A stretch of 64,000 nt of DNA from a virus (lineage: Duplodnaviria; Caudoviricetes): the IMG/VR virus record IMGVR_UViG_3300031993_000068, positions 3,568 to 67,567 of that record. The stretch is one strand, 5' to 3'. This document shows, piece after piece, positions 8,935 through 16,702 of the stretch. The notes beneath the pieces were generated by a model. That model was not told the DNA's origin. It made no database searches and was given only the letters and a program-made list of their open reading frames with translations. The position numbers and the translations under genes were made by a program. Numbering within the stretch: the stretch's first letter is position 1; each line of letters begins with the position of its first letter.

Positions 8935-9693
8935 ATGAAGAAGGACATCTACACCTCAAGCCGATTCTCCGGCTCCGTCGGCATCGCAAAGGAAGCCGGA
9001 CTCGCATCAGCAGTAGTACACGAAAAAATACTCTACTACTGCACCGAAAACGATAAGAAGAAAGCACTCAACCAAGTCACGATCTCGGCAGATAAACTCG
9101 CCGACAAACTGCCCATGCTCTCACGAAGGCAGATACTCTACGCCATCGACAAACTCACCGAGAAAGGACTAATCACCACATCCGACTGGAGAGGACATAC
9201 CACGGGATCACAAAAGACATACACCATCCCGGAGGATGTCATCAACACCTACTACCGTGACAAAATTGTAACGGTTGACCGTACCAAAAATGTAACGCCC
9301 GACCGTGACAAAATCGGTACAGACCAAGACAAATTTGGAACGCCACCGTTACAAAATCGGGACGGTTCTAATAATAGCCTTATATATAACATAGACGAAA
9401 GAAATATAAACATTGAAGATAGAGAGCCAACACTCCCTGAAATCTTCAATTATCACAATCCACTATGCTCGATGTGGAAGCAGTACCTCCCGAACTACAT
9501 CACCCAAAATGAATATGATAAAATTCGTGAGATGGTAACTGATTTCGGCTTTGATAAGACGCAAGAGTATATGCAGGATGCACACAAAACATGGGGAGAT
9601 TGTGGATATAACAACCGTCAACTTCTTGATAAGGCTGAAACCATGCTCATACTCTGGCGCAACGAAGAAAGACGGAAATATAGAGGATTCTAA
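8935..9693 (+). CDS. Replication initiator-like protein (N-terminal winged helix, lambda O-like layout)
   Basis: wHTH-like ISADKLADKLPMLSRRQILYAIDKLTEKGLI; internal iterons; DnaD-like C-terminus. Confidence 0.7.
   Translation: MKKDIYTSSRFSGSVGIAKEAGLASAVVHEKILYYCTENDKKKALNQVTISADKLADKLPMLSRRQILYAIDKLTEKGLITTSDWRGHTTGSQKTYTIPEDVINTYYRDKIVTVDRTKNVTPDRDKIGTDQDKFGTPPLQNRDGSNNSLIYNIDERNINIEDREPTLPEIFNYHNPLCSMWKQYLPNYITQNEYDKIREMVTDFGFDKTQEYMQDAHKTWGDCGYNNRQLLDKAETMLILWRNEERRKYRGF
9256..9364. repeat. Five 18-bp pseudo-palindromic iterons (putative origin)
   Basis: CGTGACAAAATTGTAACG 9256, CGTACCAAAAATGTAACG 9280, CGTGACAAAATCGGTACA 9304, CAAGACAAATTTGGAACG 9325, CGTTACAAAATCGGGACG 9347; AT-rich stretch follows. 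Confidence 0.75.
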
Positions 9694-10407
9694 TTTGGAA
9701 TTTCTCAAAACTACAAAACCCTTTACTTTAGACTGATTCCAAATTACGCATCACCCCAACTCCGGGACGATGCTCCACCCTTGGCATCCCACCTACCCCA
9801 AAGGGGTAGCACAAAAAATAAAAATAAAAAAAATTAAAAAGTACAAACTAAAAAAATTTCAAAAATCAAACTACGAAAGCACCGCCGGTCGTTCGTGGTC
9901 AAAGGTGGGGCTACTCCCCACGTTCCAGGCTGAAAAATGCCGTTTTTGTGCCGTTCTAAATGCCTAAAACTCAATGATTTGGCTATATTATTGTTATAAT
10001 GTGGCCTATTTCGTTCCTCTCTGGAGAGAGCCTAAAAGCATCCTCTTTTACTGGCTTTTGTCAAGCTCTGAAAGAGGCGTTAACATCTAAATAAACGCTC
10101 TTTCTATCTTCCTGGAGGCTTCGAAGATGCTTCCTTTATTCCGTTCCTTTCTGTCTTGATCCTTGACTCTCTTTTGTCGCATACATACGCACGCGCACGC
10201 GCGTATAGATACGCACGCACGCCAGCACGCGAATAGAGGCTATTTCTAAGCCCGTAGGCGCGTTTATATATGTGGAGTAATATAATTTATCGTCTACCGG
10301 CTTTTATTGCGCTCTGGAGGCGTGCGAATTGTGTGCATCTTTCAGCCCGTCAGGATACGAAAAAAGCACGCTCTTTTGAAGCGTGCTTCCTGTCGTTCCT
10401 GGAGTTG

Positions 10408-11286
10408 TCAAGCCTCCGCGAAGATGGTTTTTCCATACTTGAGAAGATAAGACTTCTTAAATGTGTGACAGCCAATTTCGATTACATCTTTCTTTTGTCC
10501 TCTGACAGTATAATATAACACACTGTCGCCGATCTTGATTTCTCCGGCTTTCAGAGCCTGATAAAAACGCTTGCCAATTTCAAACGGGATTTGCACGGCT
10601 TTCGAAGTCTCAAAACGGTTTGACTTCGCGTTATATCTTACTGTCTGGTATTCGCTGGAATAGGAAGATATTTCGAAGTTGTTAAACTTGACTTCTTTCT
10701 CTCTCTCTTTCTTTGCGGCCTCCCGTGCAGCTCTGGCGGCTTGCTTCCTGGCGTATTCCTTTACGGCTTCGGCGTTGTCGGCTGATGCGAAATTGATAAA
10801 CGCTTTCGGGAGTTTGCAGCCGCAAGCCTCCGCGAAGTCACGCGCCAGCCCGCAAATATGGGCTATTTGCGCCAGGTATTTCTCCGGCTTCCTGGCTTTC
10901 TGGAGGAGGCGGGAGGCGGCTTCTATTTCGCCGATCCATGCGTTAAAATTGGCTTCCTGAAATTCCCGGCTATCAATATCAAACACATGGGAATAACCAG
11001 AGTAATAGCCGCCTCTTGCACCCTGGAGAGCGCACGCAATTTTCCTATATTGAGAGGAGGCGCGAAGCATATAGTTCTGATGTTTTGACGTGCTATTGGA
11101 ATAAGTTTCGAGAGTATAAAACACTATCCCATTAACTAGGCGGCCCATGCAAAAATGCGTGCCGTAACTGTAAATGCGGCCGGAGTTGTCATAGAAGATA
11201 TTGTTATTAGGATAACTCCGATAATAGGAACGGACTTCGACGTTATTAGCCCAACGGTGACAGACTTCGTAATTAGTGTAGCTCAT
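10408..11286 (-). CDS. Hypothetical early protein
   Basis: 292 aa from ATG 11286; AT-rich leader; IYSYGTHF motif. Confidence 0.75.
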   Translation of the reverse strand: MSYTNYEVCHRWANNVEVRSYYRSYPNNNIFYDNSGRIYSYGTHFCMGRLVNGIVFYTLETYSNSTSKHQNYMLRASSQYRKIACALQGARGGYYSGYSHVFDIDSREFQEANFNAWIGEIEAASRLLQKARKPEKYLAQIAHICGLARDFAEACGCKLPKAFINFASADNAEAVKEYARKQAARAAREAAKKEREKEVKFNNFEISSYSSEYQTVRYNAKSNRFETSKAVQIPFEIGKRFYQALKAGEIKIGDSVLYYTVRGQKKDVIEIGCHTFKKSYLLKYGKTIFAEA

Positions 11287-11331
11287 GGTTTTATAGATTT
11301 GATTGTTAAACATTCGGGATACTGGAGGCGG

Positions 11332-11565
11332 CTAATACAAAATGTGTTTGCGTGCCGTCTGTCTCTTTTGCGTGCCGTCTCTCATTGTCACATCAAAAGT
11401 AATCACATCATAATAGACAGCATCTATACGGCTGATTTCTCCGAACATTCCGGAATGGATCATATTTTCACGCCACATTTTCATGTAATCCAGAGCTTTC
11501 TCCCTGGAGTCGTAGGCGCGGAGAAAAACGCCGTTACTGTTAGTAATTATCCAAACTTCTTTCAT
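11332..11565 (-). CDS. Hypothetical early protein
   Basis: 77 aa, first gene after leftward promoter. Confidence 0.65.
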   Translation of the reverse strand: MKEVWIITNSNGVFLRAYDSREKALDYMKMWRENMIHSGMFGEISRIDAVYYDVITFDVTMRDGTQKRQTARKHILY

Positions 11566-11607
11566 GGTGATTTATGTTAGTTGTTTTACCTTTCTTTTAC
11601 CTTTCTG

Positions 11608-11642
11608 GATGCAAAATTAGGGATAATATTTTATATATGCAA
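11608..11642 (-). promoter_or_regulatory. Leftward early promoter
   Basis: Minus strand TTG-N20-TAATTTTG; 30/35 identical to the 12063-12097 promoter. Confidence 0.75.
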
Positions 11643-11905
11643 GCATTTTAAAGCCGGTGACGTTAATTTTTTTCAACTTTTTTTCAAAAACGCCAATACA
11701 GACGCATAGAAAGCCGTTTTTTGCCTCAATTTTTTTTATTCGCTCTCTGACAGTCCGGCGAAATGTGTGCAGCATCTTTCCAGAGCTTTCTCCGGCTTGA
11801 TCCGGCTTTCTCCAGGGATGCAAGAAAGAGCCTCCGCCGGTTTTATATAGGAACACACATACGCACGCACCACAGGCGCGTAACGCGCACGCATACGCAT
11901 ATATG

Positions 11906-12026
11906 GAACGAACGAATTGAACGAACGGACGAAGCGAATGAACGAGGCGAACGAACGACGAACGAACCAGTTTGAACGAATGGTTCTGAATGGTTGAATG
12001 GTTGAACGAACGGACGAATTTGAACG
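11906..12026 (+). repeat. GAACG-rich short repeat cluster
   Basis: 12 GAACG copies counted in ~120 bp, all on +. Confidence 0.9.
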
Positions 12027-12061
12027 GTTGGAAAATTTTTTCAACTTTTTTCGTCAAAATG

Positions 12062-12097
12062 TTTGCATATATAAAATCTTATCTATATCTTTGCATC
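12062..12097 (+). promoter_or_regulatory. Rightward early promoter
   Basis: TTTG 12062-12065, N20, TATCTTTG 12086-12093; exact Bacteroidota consensus. Confidence 0.8.
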
Positions 12098-12155
12098 GAG
12101 GTTAGTCCAGAAGGACAGCCAAACATGAATGTTTAACGCTTGAATTTTTGAGTTT

Positions 12156-12335
12156 ATGAATGTTATTGCACAGTCCGGCAATTATCGCGTTGTAGATGAT
12201 TTGCCAATGTGGGGAGGTTATTACTCCATCGAGGAAAGAAAGATGTACGGCGACTGCGAAGTCTGGAGCAAAGTCTATGGATGCACGCGCAGCCTGGAGG
12301 ATGTGAAAGCGGAGTTTTCCCGTCTCACGAAGTAA
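12156..12335 (+). CDS. Hypothetical early protein (59 aa)
   Basis: Hand-translated MNVIAQSGNYRVVDD...; first ORF after promoter. Confidence 0.6.
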   Translation: MNVIAQSGNYRVVDDLPMWGGYYSIEERKMYGDCEVWSKVYGCTRSLEDVKAEFSRLTK

Positions 12336-12388
12336 GCCGAACGAGCTGAAAGAACGAATAAGTTGAACGACTAAATATTTTCCATGCT

Positions 12389-12637
12389 ATGTTAACCGTT
12401 GTTATTGTCCGCAACTGCGAAGTTGTTTATAGATTCCATTCCGAGGACAAGAAAGAAGTCATCAAGGAGTACAGAAGGATTCGTAAAAACGTCTGGAGGC
12501 GTAAGAGCGCATTTAACCAGGTGGAGTTTCCCCTGAAATTTTACATGAGTTGGTATGAGCTTCCGAAGCGCGGCGACTGGATTCCTCGCTCTGGTTTGTA
12601 TAGGTTCTATGTAGAGATCACCGATAGAGTTATTTGA
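12389..12637 (+). CDS. Hypothetical early protein
   Basis: 82 aa with AT-rich leader. Confidence 0.6.
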   Translation: MLTVVIVRNCEVVYRFHSEDKKEVIKEYRRIRKNVWRRKSAFNQVEFPLKFYMSWYELPKRGDWIPRSGLYRFYVEITDRVI

Positions 12638-12640
12638 GTT

Positions 12641-12766
12641 ATGCAAGTATTTGGATGGTTATTTATCCTCTCCTGGATTGTCGCACCTCTCTTCCTGGAT
12701 TGGATTGACCGAATGAACGAGGGTGACGGTGCGAACGAGGATGACCGGACGAGGCAGGGGGAATGA
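12641..12766 (+). CDS. Small single-TM peptide (41 aa)
   Basis: MQVFGWLFILSWIVAPLFLDW then acidic tail. Confidence 0.45.
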   Translation: MQVFGWLFILSWIVAPLFLDWIDRMNEGDGANEDDRTRQGE

Positions 12767-12884
12767 CCGAGGCAGGGGGAGAGTCCGAACGAACGAGGGA
12801 GGGGGAGGCTACCCGAACGATAGCGGCAAGGCCGGTGCGAGTCCGGCCACGGGTACAGAGTTTAACTATTAAATTTTTCCGATT

Positions 12885-13469
12885 ATGAAAACTGTTACCA
12901 CGAATGTTTATGACTTCTGCGAGTTGAGCAGGAAGGCGAAGGACAATGCAATCAGGATGTACGGAAGCTCCGTCGCCGAGGATAGGATTGAGATGGACGG
13001 CTATGAGTACAGAGATACCCTGGCAAGCATCGAGGAGACTTTTGGAATCAGCGTGATCCGCGAAGGCTTTTGGCTCTGGAACGAGTCCCGCTGGAGCGAT
13101 GTGGACGAGGAGGCCGGTGGCCGGATGCTCCTCCGTTACCTGAACGAGATTGACGGGAGGATCGACCGAGCCAGGGAGTATTGGAAGAACGGAAAGAAAC
13201 GGCTTTCCCGCATCATCAAAGTCGCATACGACTGGAGCGTATATAACGGACAATGGACTGGCGAGGCCGTTGACGAAGCGATGATGAACGGCTACGATGA
13301 TGTTCGCCAGGGTCGCACCATCAGGGAGTTTGTTAACAATATGCTCCGTTCCTTCTATTCCAGATGGGAGGAGGACAACGCGCACGCCTACGATGAAGAA
13401 AACATCGAGGAAGGGCTGGAGATGCAGGACTGGGGCTACATGGAGGACGGCAGGAGATTCCTCAACTAA
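12885..13469 (+). CDS. Hypothetical early protein
   Basis: 194 aa; TNVYDFCELS.KAK start, acidic/Trp-rich. Confidence 0.75.
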   Translation: MKTVTTNVYDFCELSRKAKDNAIRMYGSSVAEDRIEMDGYEYRDTLASIEETFGISVIREGFWLWNESRWSDVDEEAGGRMLLRYLNEIDGRIDRAREYWKNGKKRLSRIIKVAYDWSVYNGQWTGEAVDEAMMNGYDDVRQGRTIREFVNNMLRSFYSRWEEDNAHAYDEENIEEGLEMQDWGYMEDGRRFLN

Positions 13470-13557
13470 GCCCGTTTTTAAGCCCGTGAAGAGGCGCGAA
13501 GCCGGTTGACCGAATCAACCCACGGGAACGAATGTTTAACGACTAAATAAGAGCATT

Positions 13558-13764
13558 ATGGTATCTTTAATCAACAACGCGACTGTCCGCAACGGTAATG
13601 CGGACTATTGGGCCAGACTTGGCGCGATCCTCAAGGAGAATCGGGAGATTGGAGCCGACAACTCTATCTATGCGGACTTGGCTCTCCCAGTGAACAATGG
13701 AGCTTTCTTCCGGCAAATGATTGAGCCGAAGAGGCGCTATTTCAACCTTACCAAGAACGACTAA
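13558..13764 (+). CDS. Hypothetical early protein
   Basis: 68 aa after GAATGTTTAAC leader. Confidence 0.55.
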   Translation: MVSLINNATVRNGNADYWARLGAILKENREIGADNSIYADLALPVNNGAFFRQMIEPKRRYFNLTKND

Positions 13765-13775
13765 CACGAACGACC

Positions 13776-14060
13776 ATGTACCGAATCATTGACACACACA
13801 CGAATTTATCCGTTGGTAGTTTTGACATCCTCCAGGGCGAGGACGGCCAGGTGCTTATCGGTGTTTGCATTGACCACGATTTCGACATTATGCCGGACGA
13901 TATGAAGGGCACACGGGCTTTTCTTTGCACCGCCGATTGCCTTGCCTACATTTTTGGGAACATCCAAACGGATGACCGCGATGGATGGATGATTTTCAAG
14001 ACATGGGAGACCCACGAGGATTATTACAAGTGGTTGAATCGTAACACGCTGACAGACTAA
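13776..14060 (+). CDS. Hypothetical early protein
   Basis: 94 aa, operon-packed. Confidence 0.6.
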   Translation: MYRIIDTHTNLSVGSFDILQGEDGQVLIGVCIDHDFDIMPDDMKGTRAFLCTADCLAYIFGNIQTDDRDGWMIFKTWETHEDYYKWLNRNTLTD

Positions 14061-14071
14061 ATCGAACGAAT

Positions 14072-14251
14072 ATGGATGCACGTTTACTGAAGGATTTGAA
14101 GGCGGGAATCCCCCTTCTGCCGAGTTGCTACGACTACGCCGTCCTGCTCAGATATTCCCGTACCATGACGGGAAAGAGCATGGACGAACTGAGGGACAAG
14201 ATGGGGCTTGCCACTTATGCGGAGTGGGCCAAATTCCTAAATATCGCATAA
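14072..14251 (+). CDS. Hypothetical early protein (59 aa)
   Basis: Hand-translated MDARLLKDLKAGIPLL...; fills the gap before the recombinase. Confidence 0.55.
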   Translation: MDARLLKDLKAGIPLLPSCYDYAVLLRYSRTMTGKSMDELRDKMGLATYAEWAKFLNIA

Positions 14252-14255
14252 CGCC

Positions 14256-15080
14256 ATGAACGCACTTTTTGAGGCCGTACAGACGCATGGAGGGGCGCAA
14301 GCGGCCACCATATCCAAGCACCTCCACAACGCCAAAATACGGGACTTCTGCGACCTTACACGGGCGGGAGTTATGAACCTCCGCGACGAGCTGCGGAAGT
14401 CCCTGGCTCCGTCCTCGGCAAAGACTGTCGCCGCCTCCCTGGTGGCACTCCTTCGCCGGTACGAGGACGAGGGACTAATCCCCTGCAAGGACTACGCGAC
14501 CATCCTCCGGCTCAAAGGGGAAGCACCCGTGAAAACCTACCTGAACGAATCGGAACTCGAACGACTTGAACGGGTGGCTACCCGAACGATTACCGAACGG
14601 ATCGTGCTGAACGAGTTTCTTGTCGGAACGAAAACGGGCGCACGATTGAGCGACATCCGCGAACTGACCGAGGAGAACGTGGACGGAACGACCTTGACCT
14701 ACACCTCGAAGAAAACGGGCATAACGGCGAGTATCCCTTGCTCGGACAGGACGGTGGCCCGTCTGCGTTGGCTTCGCTCGAACGGCAGGGAGGTGGACAC
14801 GGCGACCTTCAACAAGACGATTCGCCGACTGTGCAAGCGGGCGGGCATCGACGAGCAAGTGAAGGTGCATAAGGGTGGCAAGGACGAGGTAGGCCCGAAG
14901 TGGAAATTCATCTCCTCGCACTCCGCACGAATCAGCGTGGCGACCAACTTGAGCGCGAACGGCACTCCCCTGACGGACATACGAGATATTCTCGGTCACA
15001 CGGGAACGGCTATGACTTCGAGGTATGTTTGCCGCCGTGAGGTCAAATTGAACGAAAAATCGCTGGCACTTTTCAGATAA
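14256..15080 (+). CDS. Tyrosine recombinase, short form (no arm-binding domain)
   Basis: 274 aa; GARLSD, KKTG, HSAR, LGH and MTSRY give the full R-K-H-R-H-Y set. Confidence 0.9.
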   Translation: MNALFEAVQTHGGAQAATISKHLHNAKIRDFCDLTRAGVMNLRDELRKSLAPSSAKTVAASLVALLRRYEDEGLIPCKDYATILRLKGEAPVKTYLNESELERLERVATRTITERIVLNEFLVGTKTGARLSDIRELTEENVDGTTLTYTSKKTGITASIPCSDRTVARLRWLRSNGREVDTATFNKTIRRLCKRAGIDEQVKVHKGGKDEVGPKWKFISSHSARISVATNLSANGTPLTDIRDILGHTGTAMTSRYVCRREVKLNEKSLALFR

Positions 15081-15090
15081 ATCCATAACT

Positions 15091-15339
15091 TTGACAACCA
15101 TGACAAGACAAGAGAGATTGAACACGCCCGTCTCCGAGATGGGGAGGGTTGACATCAGGGGCTACATCGCCCGCAGACTGAAAGAGGAAGGTATCAGCCA
15201 GTACCGAATGGCCCAGATACTCGGAGTGACGCAACCGAACTTCAACGCCGCGCTCCGTGGTGCTATCCCTATGCCACTTGAACGGATTGAAACGCTCCTC
15301 TGGCTCCTGGACGGCGAATCGTCGCCACTGCACGGTTGA
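15091..15339 (+). CDS. XRE-family HTH protein
   Basis: LKEEGISQYRMAQILGVTQPNFNAALRG. Confidence 0.75.
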   Translation: MTTMTRQERLNTPVSEMGRVDIRGYIARRLKEEGISQYRMAQILGVTQPNFNAALRGAIPMPLERIETLLWLLDGESSPLHG

Positions 15340-15340
15340 A

Positions 15341-15400
15341 CGAACGAGGCAGGGGGTGTCCGAACGGGCAAGGGGGTGTCCGAACGAGCAAAGGGGAGGG
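15341..15400 (+). repeat. Three 20-bp tandem G-rich repeats
   Basis: CGAACGAGGCAGGGGGTGTC / CGAACGGGCAAGGGGGTGTC / CGAACGAGCAAAGGGGAGGG. Confidence 0.85.
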
Positions 15401-15937
15401 TCACTTGACCTTCTCCTTTTCTCGCTTGTATAGGACGCACTCCAAGCAACGGAGGGGCATATACACTCGCATAATGTCCTGGTCGGTCTGGCTTCCCTCC
15501 TTGAACCGAAGCAAGTCCGAGAGCATCTTCAGATACTCCCTCTTGTCCTTCTCATCCGTGATGGTGTTCGCTTGCTCGTTCAGGAACGCGATGAACTGGT
15601 TGACATCGGTGAAGTCGCGGATGCCCTCCAGTAATGCGGATGCCGTGGGTTTCTCCTCGGATGTGCCGAGTTTCGCCATCTCGCTCCGCACACGGCTCTC
15701 CACGCGGTTGTCCTCGGCGGCTTGCAGTCCCTCCCAGAAGGACACCACCGCAGGGGAATTGCGCCACTCGGATATGGAGTTTCGCTTGGACACGGGTGTC
15801 GAGTATTCCTTCCCAGGGTGGCAGATGTCGAACATCCGTTCCCACTTGCTGCCGTCCTTCCTGCTTACCACGGTGTAGAATCCCCAGAGGAGGGCGGCTT
15901 CCTCCGAGTCCGATAACTTATGAATCTTCCTTGCCAT
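15401..15937 (-). CDS. Hypothetical protein with C-terminal CxxC (small terminase candidate, weak)
   Basis: Helical protein ending RVYMPLRCLECVLY; the function is a guess. Confidence 0.6.
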   Translation of the reverse strand: MARKIHKLSDSEEAALLWGFYTVVSRKDGSKWERMFDICHPGKEYSTPVSKRNSISEWRNSPAVVSFWEGLQAAEDNRVESRVRSEMAKLGTSEEKPTASALLEGIRDFTDVNQFIAFLNEQANTITDEKDKREYLKMLSDLLRFKEGSQTDQDIMRVYMPLRCLECVLYKREKEKVK

Positions 15938-15943
15938 ATACCA

Positions 15944-15981
15944 CAAAGATACAACTTTATTGCAAATTTATTGTAACTTTG
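15944..15981. promoter_or_regulatory. Back-to-back -7 promoter boxes
   Basis: TATCTTTG on minus (15944-15951) and TAACTTTG on plus (15974-15981), each 6-7 nt from an ATG. Confidence 0.6.
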
Positions 15982-15986
15982 TTGAC

Positions 15987-16502
15987 ATGACGGCGATAGA
16001 ACTTATCAACATACTCTCGGCTTGCTATCCCACGGAGAACGTCACCGTGCAGAGCGAGGCGGGGCGCAATATGCAAGTGTTGGGCATCGACTCCGACGCA
16101 TCGAGGGATGCAGGGTGCATCGTCCTCAAGACCGCCTGGTCTTACATGGACAAGCCGGTGGAGTCCGAGGAGGACAAACTGAAACGGCAACGGGAGGACA
16201 TCACCAAGCAACTGGCACGGATGAAAGCCGAGGAGCGCAAGGTCAAGGAGAAAGCCGAGAAGGAAGCGGTCAAGAAGAAAGCCACTCGGAAGAAGAAGTC
16301 CACCAAGAAGAAGAAAGTCACGGGCGCGACCAAGATGGTAGCCGAGGGGAAAGTCCCCACGGGCAGACCTGGCAGACCACGCAAGATGGTAGCCGACACG
16401 GAGTTCCTGCAAGACCTCGCCACGGTACACGATCTGGATACTCTCAGCAAGGAATTACACAAGCGAAAGTCCTTGCCTGATTCCTTGCCCACCGAGCAAT
16501 AA
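15987..16502 (+). CDS. Lys-rich histone-like protein with AT-hook
   Basis: KKKATRKKKSTKKKK tract and TGRPGRPRK motif. Confidence 0.65.
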   Translation: MTAIELINILSACYPTENVTVQSEAGRNMQVLGIDSDASRDAGCIVLKTAWSYMDKPVESEEDKLKRQREDITKQLARMKAEERKVKEKAEKEAVKKKATRKKKSTKKKKVTGATKMVAEGKVPTGRPGRPRKMVADTEFLQDLATVHDLDTLSKELHKRKSLPDSLPTEQ

Positions 16503-16558
16503 AACGCTTACCGACCCACGCAGAAAGGACTCGATGCGTGACCTGGGAGGAGTCACGA

Positions 16559-16583
16559 AGGAGGCAGAAATGCCTCCTTTTTT
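16559..16583 (+). terminator. Intrinsic terminator
   Basis: AGGAGGCA-GAAA-TGCCTCCT plus T-run. Confidence 0.8.
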
Positions 16584-16702
16584 CGTCCCCGACCCCCAAT
16601 AGAACGCACTCCAAGGCACATTCACCCGTTTTGCCCACTTGCACATTTTTCTACAATCTTGCCTAACTTTTTGCCTTATTTGTCGAAATTTGTGCTATAT
16701 TC

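Noticed and set aside
12757-12805. Stable G-quadruplex
   Set aside because: The G-runs are separated by 13- and 17-nt loops; kept only as part of the repeat finding.
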